NCBI GenBank assembly: GCA_013239625.1
Contig: MU053661.1
Span: 158,308-214,949, forward strand
Reading direction: 5' to 3'
DNA from: Lama guanicoe
Lineage: Eukaryota
Length of the DNA: 56,642 bases
Notes under the pieces: model-generated
Database searches by the model: none
What the model saw: the letters and a program-made list of their open reading frames with translations, nothing else
What the model was told of the DNA's origin: nothing
In this document: piece by piece, positions 38,980 through 49,700 of the stretch
Numbering within the stretch: the first letter of the stretch is position 1
Layout: each line of letters starts with the position of its first letter
Translations under genes and position numbers: made by a program

Positions 38980-39760
38980 GCTCCCATCTCCTTCCGTCGC
39001 TGCCCCACCTTCTCTCGCAGAACCCAGAGGATCGCTGGCCCTCCTGCGCATGCGCAGTCGGTGCCAGGTGGTCCGCTGGCTGGAAGCTCCGTCTCCGAGC
39101 CTGGGATCGGCACAAAGGCTTCTGAGCTCTGTCGTCCAGTAGGCCTTTGGCTCCTGCCTGGGGCCGGGGCCTCTGGCTGTGGAAGTGCAAGGTGGGGGGC
39201 TCCCGGGAAAGGGATCAGCCAGCTGCAGGAGGGCGGTCGGCCTGTCACAGCCCCCTAGGGCTCCAGTCAGCGTGTGTTCAGCTGAATTGCTCAGGCCAGA
39301 CCCCTCTGCCTGCGCCACCTTCCCCGGCGCCCCGGCCACAGCTGCCCAGGGCCAGGTGTGCACCTGCCACCTCTCGCCCCCGCCCGGCTACCCTCAGTCC
39401 GCGGCTGGCGTCCCCTTCCCCTCTCCCGCCCGCAAGTCCTCTCCTCCCGGGCTGCCTCTCCTTGGCCGCCTGCCCGTCCCCGCCTCTGGGCGGGCTGTGT
39501 CCCGGGCGGGCGGGGTCTGAGGACCCGGACGGGCCGGGCGGCTGGGGCTGGGGCTGGCCTCTGAGCGGGGCTGCAGCCCGCGTCCCCAACCCCCCGCTTT
39601 CCCTGCCCCACGACCCCGGGGCTGCGCTGTTCTCCCTTTCCCGCTCCCTGAGGACCAGCTCAGCGGTGTGAGCGCTGCTCTCCCGGCTGAGAACCTCCGG
39701 CTGTAACGCCCAGCTTCTCCTGGTGGAGTCCGTAAAAGGGAGCGCCAGTGCTGAGGGAGC
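38980..39760 (+). promoter_or_regulatory. CpG island, probable duplicated TRAPPC9 promoter and first exon
   Basis: Very GC- and CpG-rich with GC boxes; candidate donors CAG|GTGTGC (39356) and CAG|GTAAGT (39793); lies ~4.5 kb upstream of the exon 2 homologue. Confidence 0.8.
39045..39056. promoter_or_regulatory. Perfect palindromic NRF1 site
   Basis: TGCGCATGCGCA at the 5' edge of the CpG island. Confidence 0.8.
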
Positions 39761-40407
39761 TTCTGTCTCCTCCCTCAGTGTTTCTGCTCCAGGTAAGTAC
39801 CTTGAACACTTTCAGGTGTTATGATGGCGGTGCTTGTTGTCACATGTTTTTATAGTGCGAGGGATTACAGTGGTGAAAGCAAGGCTTGGTTCAGTTAAAA
39901 ATGAGCTGAAGGCATGAGGCTGTGATATCCTCCTTCCTTCCCTCTCCCAGGGTGAAACGTGTGACCGTCGATTTTAAAAAGATAGATGCAGTCTCTAACT
40001 AGCCCAGCCCAGCTAGTGTGTGTTAACAGGAACAGCACCACCAGAGACGTTGGAGACCCAGAGACATTGCAGTCCTAAAGAGCTCCTGGCACAGTTTGGT
40101 TTGTTGTGGTTTTTTGTTTTTCTTAAATTGTGGGGCAGACTAGTTGTATAGAGGGAAAAAATTTGTCAAGAAATATTTTTTCATATAACAGCTTTATTGT
40201 GATATTGTTCACACACCATGTAGTCTATCCATTTAAATGGTACAATTCAGCAGCTTTTAGCGTATTCACAGTTGTGCAACCATTATTATTCCAGAACGTT
40301 TTCATCACTTCAGAAAGACCAGTGGAAATGAATGACGTATCCAACCCTCCCCAGTGGTGGTTCTAAAGAATTTTCTTGGTTGTTCCTGACCGTAAATTAA
40401 CTTGTTA

Positions 40408-40816
40408 TGTGAAGGAAAACCCCAGCTGGGATAACAAGCTAACTCATAAATCTAAGTGTGATAAGTGTCGGTTTACTGATATAAGTTCTGCCGGGCTTAC
40501 TCGTAAATCTGAAGTTTAGTGTCAGTTTACTGGGCTAACAAGCTAACACATAAATCCAAGCTCAACAAGCGTCAGTAACGTGATCTGTTCTGAATTGATA
40601 AGCTTCAGTGTACTGATTCCTTGCTTTTTGTTTTTTGAGCCTTATTGGCTAATAGCCCATACTTGTAATTAACCCTATAAAACCTCATGTGTACCTCTTG
40701 GAGATGCTCAGAGCTTTGGAGCAGAAACCCCTCTGAGCCCTCCGGCCTAATAAATCTGAGTACTCCAACCCCACGAGTGGTGCTTTTTTCTTGGCTGCCC
40801 TGTCATTTCTGTAACA
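40408..40816 (+). mobile_element. Solo LTR, family Y, sense orientation in putative intron 1
   Basis: TG...CA termini, perfect GTTA TSD, TATAAAA at 40676-40682, AATAAA at 40749-40754. Confidence 0.93.
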
Positions 40817-41239
40817 GTTACATTCCATGAAAAATCTGGTAGGAATTCTCATCAGAATTCCATTGAATTTGTCTATCAAAGCAGGAAGAATTAATGTCTT
40901 TATGGCATAAGCTTCTTCTACCTATGAATATATTTGGCACCCTATCTTTTCATCTGTCCAGAGCCTGGCCCATGGGAAGTCCTCACTAATTTTTGGAATT
41001 GTGAATGATGAGATTCTATACATCGCTAGTTGCAACTGTAGCCTTTCATAGAAGAGAAAAGTAACCTCAGTGAAGCCAAGTGACTCTCTGATCATCAGAA
41101 AGAGTGACAGTCAATGCTGGAGAGATCCAGTGGACTTCGTGTTTGCAACCAGAATTCTCCACCACCTAAATATAAGGGGATTAGAGTGTTCTTTTATTTT
41201 TTCTTAATGGCATTACTTTTATTTTTACTTACTTTTTTA

Positions 41240-41500
41240 AATTATTTTTTATTGAAGTGTAGTCAATTTACAATGTTAGTTTCAGGTGTACAGCAGAGAT
41301 TCAGTTATAAACATATGCATATGTATATACATATGTTTTAGATTGTTTTTAGTACAACTCATTACAAGAAATTGAAAATAGTTCCCTGTGCTATATAGTA
41401 GGTCTTGTCATTTATTTTATATTTATTAATGTGTATCCGTTAATCCTCCCTTTCCTGCCTGCTAACCACAGTTTGCTTTCTATGTCCATGAGTCCATTTC
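41240..41500 (-). mobile_element. L1 3'-terminal fragment
   Basis: TTTTATTGAAGTGTAGTCAATTTACAATGTTAGTTTCAGGTGTACAGC...GTTCCCTGTGCTATATAGTAGG. Confidence 0.8.
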
Positions 41501-43747
41501 TAGGAGCACCGTTTTTCCTAGTAATATATGCTGCTTGGCTGCTTTCAGCTTCAGTAATTCCATCGTATCTGTGGGTGCTTTTCTTCTGATGGCCTTTATG
41601 TGGTTTGCACACGTGGTAATAGAGATCTGTATTTGGGAGAACTCCAGGCCTCGTGTAGTCCCTGGAACAGAGCGCCCACTGAGCTGATGCTTGAACTGGG
41701 AAAAAAGCACTGTAAATATTGGAATTTCATCTATGGTTGAGACTTTCAGGTTTCTATAACCTGTTTAGCCCACCTTAATATTGGCAGCACCCATACTGGG
41801 TAATTTGGTGGAATTTCATGGTATGGTGGTGTAGAGACAGGGCCTTATATGCTTCTTCTCTTTCCTTTTTCTAACATTCATTCTCCTGGGCCTCCCAGAT
41901 CCTCCCCAAGAAGGGCCGAGGGCTGGCTTGGTGCTGCACTGAGGCAATATTTGTCAATAAGGCCCTTTCCTCATCTCTTTTGAGCCTCCGTTTCCTTCTC
42001 TGCACAATGAGGGCTTAGACTAGATAAGTGCTTTTCAGTTTCTTTTAAAGCCATGTTTCCTTTGAGAAACAGAAAATGCAAATCTCTCCTCCCATCCCAA
42101 CAAACCCTGTAGGACACATCCTCCAAGGAGTGACATAGCTCTTTGTGGAAAATTGATGTGATTGTGATTTCAGGTGGCACAGAAAAGACTCTTCAGAGAT
42201 TTATTGCAGCGAGAGGGCAGGAAAGGGGCAGTATGTCACACTTTCTAGTGTGAGCACTGGAGGAGGGGCTTGGGTTTAAATAGGGTGTCTGACGTGACCT
42301 CTCTCTAATCTTGCACAATGTGATAAATCTGTCTCCCTCAGTCTCTTAATGTGTCAAGTTGGGGTGATAATATTTTAGGGCTTTTGTGAAACATTATACA
42401 CATAAGCCATTTGTGTCTCGGTAGAAACAAGACCTGCTAGGGAGTCAGGGATTTCTTTAAAAAAAGAAAAAATCTTGTCCACAGCACTCTGTCTGTGTGT
42501 ATTTTGAAGTTCCTGGAGGGTGAGGGTTGAGTCTAAAGTCCATCATGGGACAGGTGGCCCATAGTTCTCTTTGCCCCAGATTGCCCCCTCCTCCCCAGTC
42601 CTCTTCATCAGTTCAGGATGAAGTTCCCTAGTAGATTTACACAGAGGTCTTGTGGAAATGGCTTTTCATTTTATTGTTTCACCAAGGAGGGCTGCCTTCA
42701 TGATCTCTGTGGTCAGGTTTTGAAGGGCTGCCATCATGATGTCTGGTCAGGTGAAGGCTATGCATTAATGCAATTGGGGGTTTCTATTTAATAAAAAGAA
42801 AAAATTTACAAATACAAAATTAGACCTAGGGTGGTGACAGGGGCTCTTGGAAGTGGGGACCATTAGCTTTGTTAGCTTCAGGTGCAATGGCCTCTGGCCA
42901 CGAGGACCCATCCTCATGCTCTGAAGTTGGAGGGACCAGTGGGTTCAGTGGGAATGTTTACTGAGTGTATCTCATGGGCTGGGCATTGTCCTATTTGTAC
43001 TGTGTGTGCCTTATTTGAGACAGTGAGCCCATTTAACCTCAATAGCCTCTTTAAAAAGTTAGAATTTTTATTTTGAGATGTAATATAGATTCCCATGTAG
43101 TTGTAAGAGATAATATGGAGAGGGTCTATGGACTCTTGCCCAATTTTCCTTAATGGTTCCATCTTGCAAAGTTGGGGTACAATTCATTACTGACTCACTA
43201 ACCCTTTGAGGTTTGTTATTGGCCTCATTTCTATTCATGATTAAGCTGGGGCTTAGAGAAGCACACAGGCCTGCCCAGATCACCCACATGGTTAGTGCAG
43301 AATCGGGTGGAACGTGGGCTTGGGATTTCCAGGCAGTACCATTATGATGGTCTGTGGCAGGGAGCAGCATTCACTTTGCTTGTTTATTCATTCATTCAAC
43401 AAACATTTATTGAGTAACCTCTATGGGTCAGATGCTTTCATAGGGTTACCTGATTCTTCAGCAGTACTGAGAATAAGGTAATGTTTATTTCTTTTTAATC
43501 TGAGAAAATTAGCTCTGAGAGGTTATAACCCCCCCAAAGGAAATATAGCTCATAAAGGAGCGATACTAAATTTGCACAGTCCCCCTTTTTATGCAGGTGG
43601 TTCCCTAGGCATTTTACATATACAGACTTCTGTAATCCAGATATATTCTTGTAAGGCAAAGATTTTTTTTTTAATTGAAGTATAGTCAAGTTTACAATGT
43701 TGTGTCAATTGCAAGGTGTTTTTTGAATTTTGAATTAAAAAATATTT

Positions 43748-43870
43748 TTTGAGGAGGGTAATTAGGTTTATTTATTTGTTTCAGTTCTTAAAATGGGGTA
43801 CTGGGGAATGAACCCAGGACCTCGTACATGCTAAGCATGTGCTCTACCAATGAACTGTACCCTCCTCCCC
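43748..43870 (-). mobile_element. Camelid tRNA-derived SINE (vic-1-like)
   Basis: Minus strand GGAGGGTACAGTTCATTGGTAGAGCACATGCTTAGCATGTACGAGGTCCTGGGTTCATTCCCCAGTACC...CCTAATTACC. Confidence 0.85.
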
Positions 43871-44300
43871 AAGGCAAGTTTTCTTATCCATTATTCTGCA
43901 GCTTAGGAGTTCAAATAAATTGGAGTTGAGATCCAGATCTTTTGATCCCACTGTGGTTCTTTTCTTTATATTCTGCTGAAGGGGGTTGGGGAAAGCATAT
44001 CCTTTGTTCATTTCTTTATTCAGCAGTTTTGAACACTGACTTTGCATCAGTGTCTGGCTAGGTGCTTGGAAACAGAAAACAAGAAATGACCCTTCTCTGC
44101 AGGGACAGGAAGCCTAGACCAAAAGCTGAGTAATGTGATCCGACCTACGGTAGCCATGTGGAGACTCTGACTACAAACTGTACCCCGGATTTGCTTTGGC
44201 TTCCCTTGCCTTCTGGCTGGTACACACCAGGTCACCGCAACCCAGGTGGGCCCGCAGCACACAGCAGAGTATGTACCTCGATCTCCTCCCCTCTCAGCAG

Positions 44301-44873
44301 GGCCTGCAACATGACCATCCCTGACTACATGCAGTGTGCTGAGGACCACCAGACTCTCCCCGTTGTGGTCCAACCCGTGGGGATCATCTCAAAGGAGAAT
44401 TTCTTTTGCATCAATAAGCGAATCTCCTTGGTGAACCAGATCAGCCCGTGCGGCTCCCAGTGGGCACTCTGTATCCACTACAGGCACCACTATGCGCCCG
44501 AGAATGGGTGGAGTGGCTTCCAGACCAACCGCAAGGTCATGGGCCTTGTCACCATTACCGACTGCCTCTCTGCAAAGGCCATTGAGAAGCTCCATGTGCA
44601 GAGGAGCTGTATGGCACCGCGCTTAATGACTCTCAGCTCTTTGTCTTTGTGCTGCATGAGGAGGTGGCCGAGCAGCCGCGCACCGACGTGTCCTTCAATC
44701 TACGAGGACTGCAGGGTGGTGGAGAAGAGGATCGAGGACTTCACTGAGTCACTCTTCATCTTGCTCAAGTCCAAGTGGCTGGATGGGGCCCCCGACAAGT
44801 CTGGGGAGAAGATCCCTGTCCTCTGCATCCTGTTTGAGAAGGATGACTTCATGGGACTGGACACAGACAGCAG
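44301..44873 (+). pseudogene. TRAPPC9: TRAPPC9-like duplicate (downstream copy B), exon 2 homologue; ATG at 44311, frame open to TAA at 44875-44877 (188 aa)
   Basis: [32 protein letters not shown]...[51 protein letters not shown] versus recalled [32 protein letters not shown]...[57 protein letters not shown] acceptor 10 nt before the ATG; AG|GTAAGT donor at 44874. Coding status uncertain. Confidence 0.95.
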
Positions 44874-45107
44874 GTAAGTCTACCTGGATTCCCGTCTGCC
44901 CTGGCTCTGTGTCAGGTTGCTTCCCTACATCCAGAAAGGGATCAGCAAGGAAGAGGGCTGTCTTGTAGCCAAGGGGGGAGGGAGGTGCAGCCCGCCAGTT
45001 TACAGACATTTCAAAGTGAATCCGCCTTTGTTTCAGAGAGATCCTTTTAGGTTTCTTGTGGACACTTACTCCCGCTTTTGAGCCAGGACCATGGTGGGAC
45101 CCCTGGA

Positions 45108-45437
45108 TTAGCTGTCCAATAGAGTAGCCACAGCCACTGATGCTAGGAGCGCTGGCGAGGAGGCTGCTCTGAGCTGAGTTGTGCTGTAGGTCAAATGCAC
45201 ATCAGATGCTGAGACTTGTCTAGTAAAAAGAATATAAACTATCCTGTTACTTTATATATTGACTACATGTCATAATGGTAGTATTTTACATACAGTAGAT
45301 TAAGTAAGATCTGTTCTTAAAGTCAGTTTCTAGTATTTGTTTTTTGTTTGTTGGTTTGTTTCTTTTTTTACAGTTTTAAATGTAGCAACTGGGAAACTTT
45401 CTTTACATGGCTCTCATTTCATTTCTGTTGGGCAGCC
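45108..45437. mobile_element. hAT-Charlie non-autonomous DNA transposon (MER33-like)
   Basis: GCTGTCCAATAGA ... TCTGTTGGGCAGC terminal inverted repeats, ~330 bp. Confidence 0.7.
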
Positions 45438-46621
45438 TGTCCTGGGACAGTCTCATCCCTTTGCTTATAGATGAGATGCTGAATCCAGAGATGCAGAAAA
45501 GGTGCTGGTTGAGCTGGGGGTGGAGCCGGTGTCTCCTGCCTCCCAGGCCCAGCACCTGTTCGGCTCAGGCCCTCTCTTCCTGCCCAACAGCCACCATGCC
45601 AAGGTAGGACATCAGAAACACCGCCAGGGAATTCCGAATGAACTCCTTATGCAGGGAAAGGCGTATCACGGAGTATGGGACAGAGCAGGGAAATGGTCAT
45701 CCTCACGTTGTCCCTGCGATTAGGTCAACGGCCCCACTTTGCCTCAAAAGTACAGACGAGCTCTTCTGCGCTGCCTACCCCCCCAACTTCTGCTGTGTTT
45801 CCCCTTGTATCCATCGTGCTGTCCCTCGGGCAGAAGAGGGTGAGATGCCTTTGCTGAGAGGTGGTCCCCCTTTACTGGGGAGAGTGAGGGAATCTGTGTC
45901 CCCCTGGCCTATGGCCTCGGGCCTTGAGTCTGGAGAGCGCTGATGGCGGTCCCACAGGTGACGGTCAGAGGACATGGCATGTGCTGCCAGGCCCGCTGTG
46001 GAGGCGGTGCTCTGTGATTCTTGAACTTACCTAAGATCAGATCCTACTTTCTGGTTGTTGGTAAGTTGGAGTAGAAGATGCCAGAGAATTGATAAAAAGA
46101 AAGTCCAGAGCAGTCCTGTGAGTGACAGGCACAGGGGACCCGAGTCCCACCTGCGTGTGGTGCCTGGCGGGCTCTGGATGAATTTTCAGTTCCTCCCCAT
46201 TCATGCCTCTATGGCTTAAGGAAGTGGCAAGTCATGTCATGGTCATGATCTGTACTTGTCCTCACAGGGCCCTGTGATCTAACTCCCACACTCCCCTTCA
46301 TCTCCTTAGAGATGAGGTGGCAGTTTTAGGAGCCTGGGCACTGCTGAGGGCACAGCTGCCAGCACAGTGCTACACCGAGGCTGGCTCCATTCACCTCACC
46401 TGTCACCTCCTGCTGAGCCCGCAGGCATTAGTCAAGGTAGGAGCATCAGTTCAACGTAAACAGGGACCAACTTCTCCCCCTGGACAGACTGGTGGGTGAG
46501 CAGTGGAAGCCTGGAGCCCTGCCCCAGCCCCAGGCCAGTGCTTCCTCTTTTGTCATAGGAGGCACTGGTGAAATTTTTGCTCAGCAACTGCTTGGCTCTG
46601 AGTCTGCAGACCCACCAGAGA

Positions 46622-46708
46622 ATGCCAACTTGTTTTTGCCTTTTGAAGTCTGTCCTTGGGATTTGGCATGCCAACTTGGCCTTTTGAAGTCTGTCCTTGG
46701 GATTTGGC
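46622..46708. repeat. Short tandem duplication (41-46 bp unit, 2 copies)
   Basis: ATGCCAACTTG..GCCTTTTGAAGTCTGTCCTTGGGATTTGGC occurs twice. Confidence 0.9.
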
Positions 46709-49700
46709 GGAGTAGCTGGATGTGTGCTTAGCCCATAGTGGTTGACACTGTCACCATTATTTACCCAGAACCTCGTGTACCAGGCTTGGCTTCCGGCATC
46801 AAAATACAGCAGCGTATTAAACCTCCCTCCTGGTGGGTCTCTCTGTTCTGGTACCATAAGGGCTCAGCCAGCATCTGAACGTCAGTTAGATAACGTGGCC
46901 AGTGAGCTCGGGTCAAGCACGTTCTCCTCCAGTCACTCTTACTCCATTGTTGCTTTTACAATTCCACAGTCATTAATTTTTAAAACAATGCTTTGGTGCA
47001 GGAGCGGAGGCTAATTCTCCCCTGTTTCTCTTGGTGGGAGTGAGTAAAATTGTCCAGCTTGAAATGCGACCACATTTTGTAGCTCAAAAGCTGTTTACAC
47101 GCATCTAGGTGAAGTTTTGGTTTGGGGCGCTGACCACGTTGGGGTTCCCCGGCATCGCCGCTCCCCTCAGGCCCCTGCCTTCCCTGGAGCAGGAGATGAG
47201 GGTGTGTCTCACTGTCCCCGCGTCCCTGCCTCAATCACACACACGTAAATTCTTGTAAATACTGTCACATATTGTTGTTCTCGTGTGTTTCTAATTTTTG
47301 CTGTTCCTCTTTTTCTTATTCTATTTCCCTTTTTCTCTTGTACCGCCCTGTGAGCATGTTGTTGGGTCTGAAAAGGTGGGCTTTGCACACCCTGCATTGG
47401 AAATAGCTAGATCGCCCTCCGTGCTGTCTCCATCGCTTTAAAAAGCAAAAACTTAACAGCTGACTTGATCCATATATTATCTTAGTCATCTTTTTATTTT
47501 CTAGTTTTTTTGGAATTTTTGCTGTTAGCACATCATCCACTGGTGTTTGATACCTGTTAAAATCCTTGCTTTGAGGAACCTGTTTGGTCCTCCTTATAGT
47601 TGGTGACAAATGCGCCCTTATTAATTTTGTGTATTTGTTTTGAGGAGTGAGATGCGAATTGATTTCGGCGGCTGCTGATTGATTTTTTTCATGGGGTATT
47701 TAAACTTCGAAAGTCAAAATCTGCAGCACCTTGCTTGATTCTGGCTTTTACACAAACGTGCTCGGTACGCGGTTCCTGGCTGTCGCTGTGTGACGTGCGT
47801 GACGGCGCTTCCTGGCCGGCGGTCACTGGTGAGGACGTGGCCGGCTCGGGGGTGAGCAGCTGCAGGGGACGATGTTGGAGGAAGCAGTCACCGGTTTTTT
47901 GTTTTTTGTTTTTTGTTTTGCATTCACCATTCCGGTGCCATTTACTTTACTTTGCATTCATAGAGGGGCAGGAGCGGGTCTAAAATCCATGCCACTCATT
48001 TTTTCCCTTTACTACGCTGGATTTTCTGAGTATCAGGACAAAATGACCTCCTCCTAAGTAGCTGGCTCACCTGGATATGGTGGACACAGGGACCGCTAAA
48101 GGGGACCGTAGTTTCCTCTCTGCTTCAGCCAGTGGGCATTCAGAGCCGGGTCTGTGATTTGCCTCAGCAGCCGTGCAGGCCTCCCTGCACCGGCTTTTTC
48201 TTTTAACCCACATTGGCAGTAAATCGCCGACTCTTTGTCTGTTGCAGCGGACGTCCAACACTGACGACCGTGTCGTTAGTTTGCGGTAGTGAGTCTCCAA
48301 CACCCCTGTCAGCCGTGAAGGGACCTTGCATTTTCACCCCCACCCTGGTTCATCTCACCCAGGGGAAGGGTTTGGCCACCACCGTCATTCTGGCCATGAG
48401 ACCTTGTTTCTCCATTCATGCTCTGGTCCAAATGTGAACACTTCATCTTTCACTGACATGGTCTCGCTTGAGACAGGCCAGAATTTCTGAAACAGTCCAT
48501 CACGTTCTGGGAGGGGAACAGAACATAAGTAAGCGTCGCAAGTAGGAGTCTACGCTATCTGGGTTGGCAAATGCAGGCTGAGATCTGTGATGGCCGGGCT
48601 TTCCCGCAGACCCAGAGAGACCAGGGGTTGGAGTGAAAACAGCCTTGCCTGGGTTCCTCCATCCTCATCTGCTCACTGGCAGTTGTGCCTGCTAACTAGA
48701 AGCTCCCCCAGACCTCGAGCCCTTTAAAGTTCATACCACGGGAGAATCTTGAGTCCCTTCTCCTGGTCCTTCTTTGTGAGAATCCAGTGCCTTATGAGGT
48801 GACCAGCGGCAGGAGATGCCTCCCCCTCCAGGGAGCTCTCTTCGGAGGACAGTGACTCACTGCACCTTGCTGTGAGCTTGTGGGGTTTCGCCCGTGGTCC
48901 TTGCAGAACCAGACTTGAGACTGGCTTAGCTACAGAAATTTCAAGACTGATTCCAGGGCAGGGATGGAGGGAGGGATCAGGGGAAATTGAATGTGACCTC
49001 AAATACCTAGGTGTGTGCTTGGTATGTTACTAAAATGGGGAGCCTGGGAGGTGCCTACCAGGAATCGAACTCTAGAGTAAATAGTGGACATTAGGCATTT
49101 TTAAGATGCCATTTGTCATCCAAGTTAGGACTTCAAAGAGGCACCAGGTTCTATGACCCTGGGGCTCAGGTGAAGGAGCCGGACTACAGATACACGTTGG
49201 GAGTCGTCATTCTTAGGTGGTGTTCACAGCCGTGCAGGTGGATGAGCTCATCTCGAGAGCTGTAGACTGAGGCTGAGGGAGGGCAGGGCTGTGCCTGTGT
49301 TGGAGGAAAGCCCAGACCGTGCAGCTTTGGTGTGTCAGTCAGCGGCGTTTGCGATTTTCAGAGCAATGGCATTTATCCTTAAGGGTCTTGCGGGTGGGCA
49401 GGGCTAGCCAGGAAGAAATCTGAAGGGAGGGTTGTGGCCACGTGTGAGCATCTTGGGATGATGCAGAGGCTGCAGGGTCTGGGAGGGGAACCTCCTCAGA
49501 AGCTGGAGTCGGAGTGGGGAGTGGGGAGAAGGTAGTCACACTCACCTGTGAGGGTGGGAGGGAGGCCTAGGGAGTTCGCACCCTAGCGGACTCAATTTCC
49601 CAAGAACAAAAGGCTATCAGACAGAAGATTTGATGTGAGAAGGGATGGGCGCTGGGAGAGGAGCCAAAGTGGAGAATGGTGGTTGGATAGTTCTGAAATA

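Noticed and set aside
38692..39671. Many overlapping Pro/Gly/Ala/Arg-rich ORFs on both strands
   Set aside because: Expected from stop-codon scarcity in a CpG island; no recognisable protein apart from the short exon-1 relic.
43790..43870. tRNA-like sequence as a tRNA gene
   Set aside because: Several diverged copies with AT-rich tails occur in the window; these are SINEs.
44158..44310. ORF-track N-terminal extension of the TRAPPC9-like ORF (239 aa)
   Set aside because: It starts at a GTG in sequence upstream of the splice acceptor; homology begins at ATG 44311.
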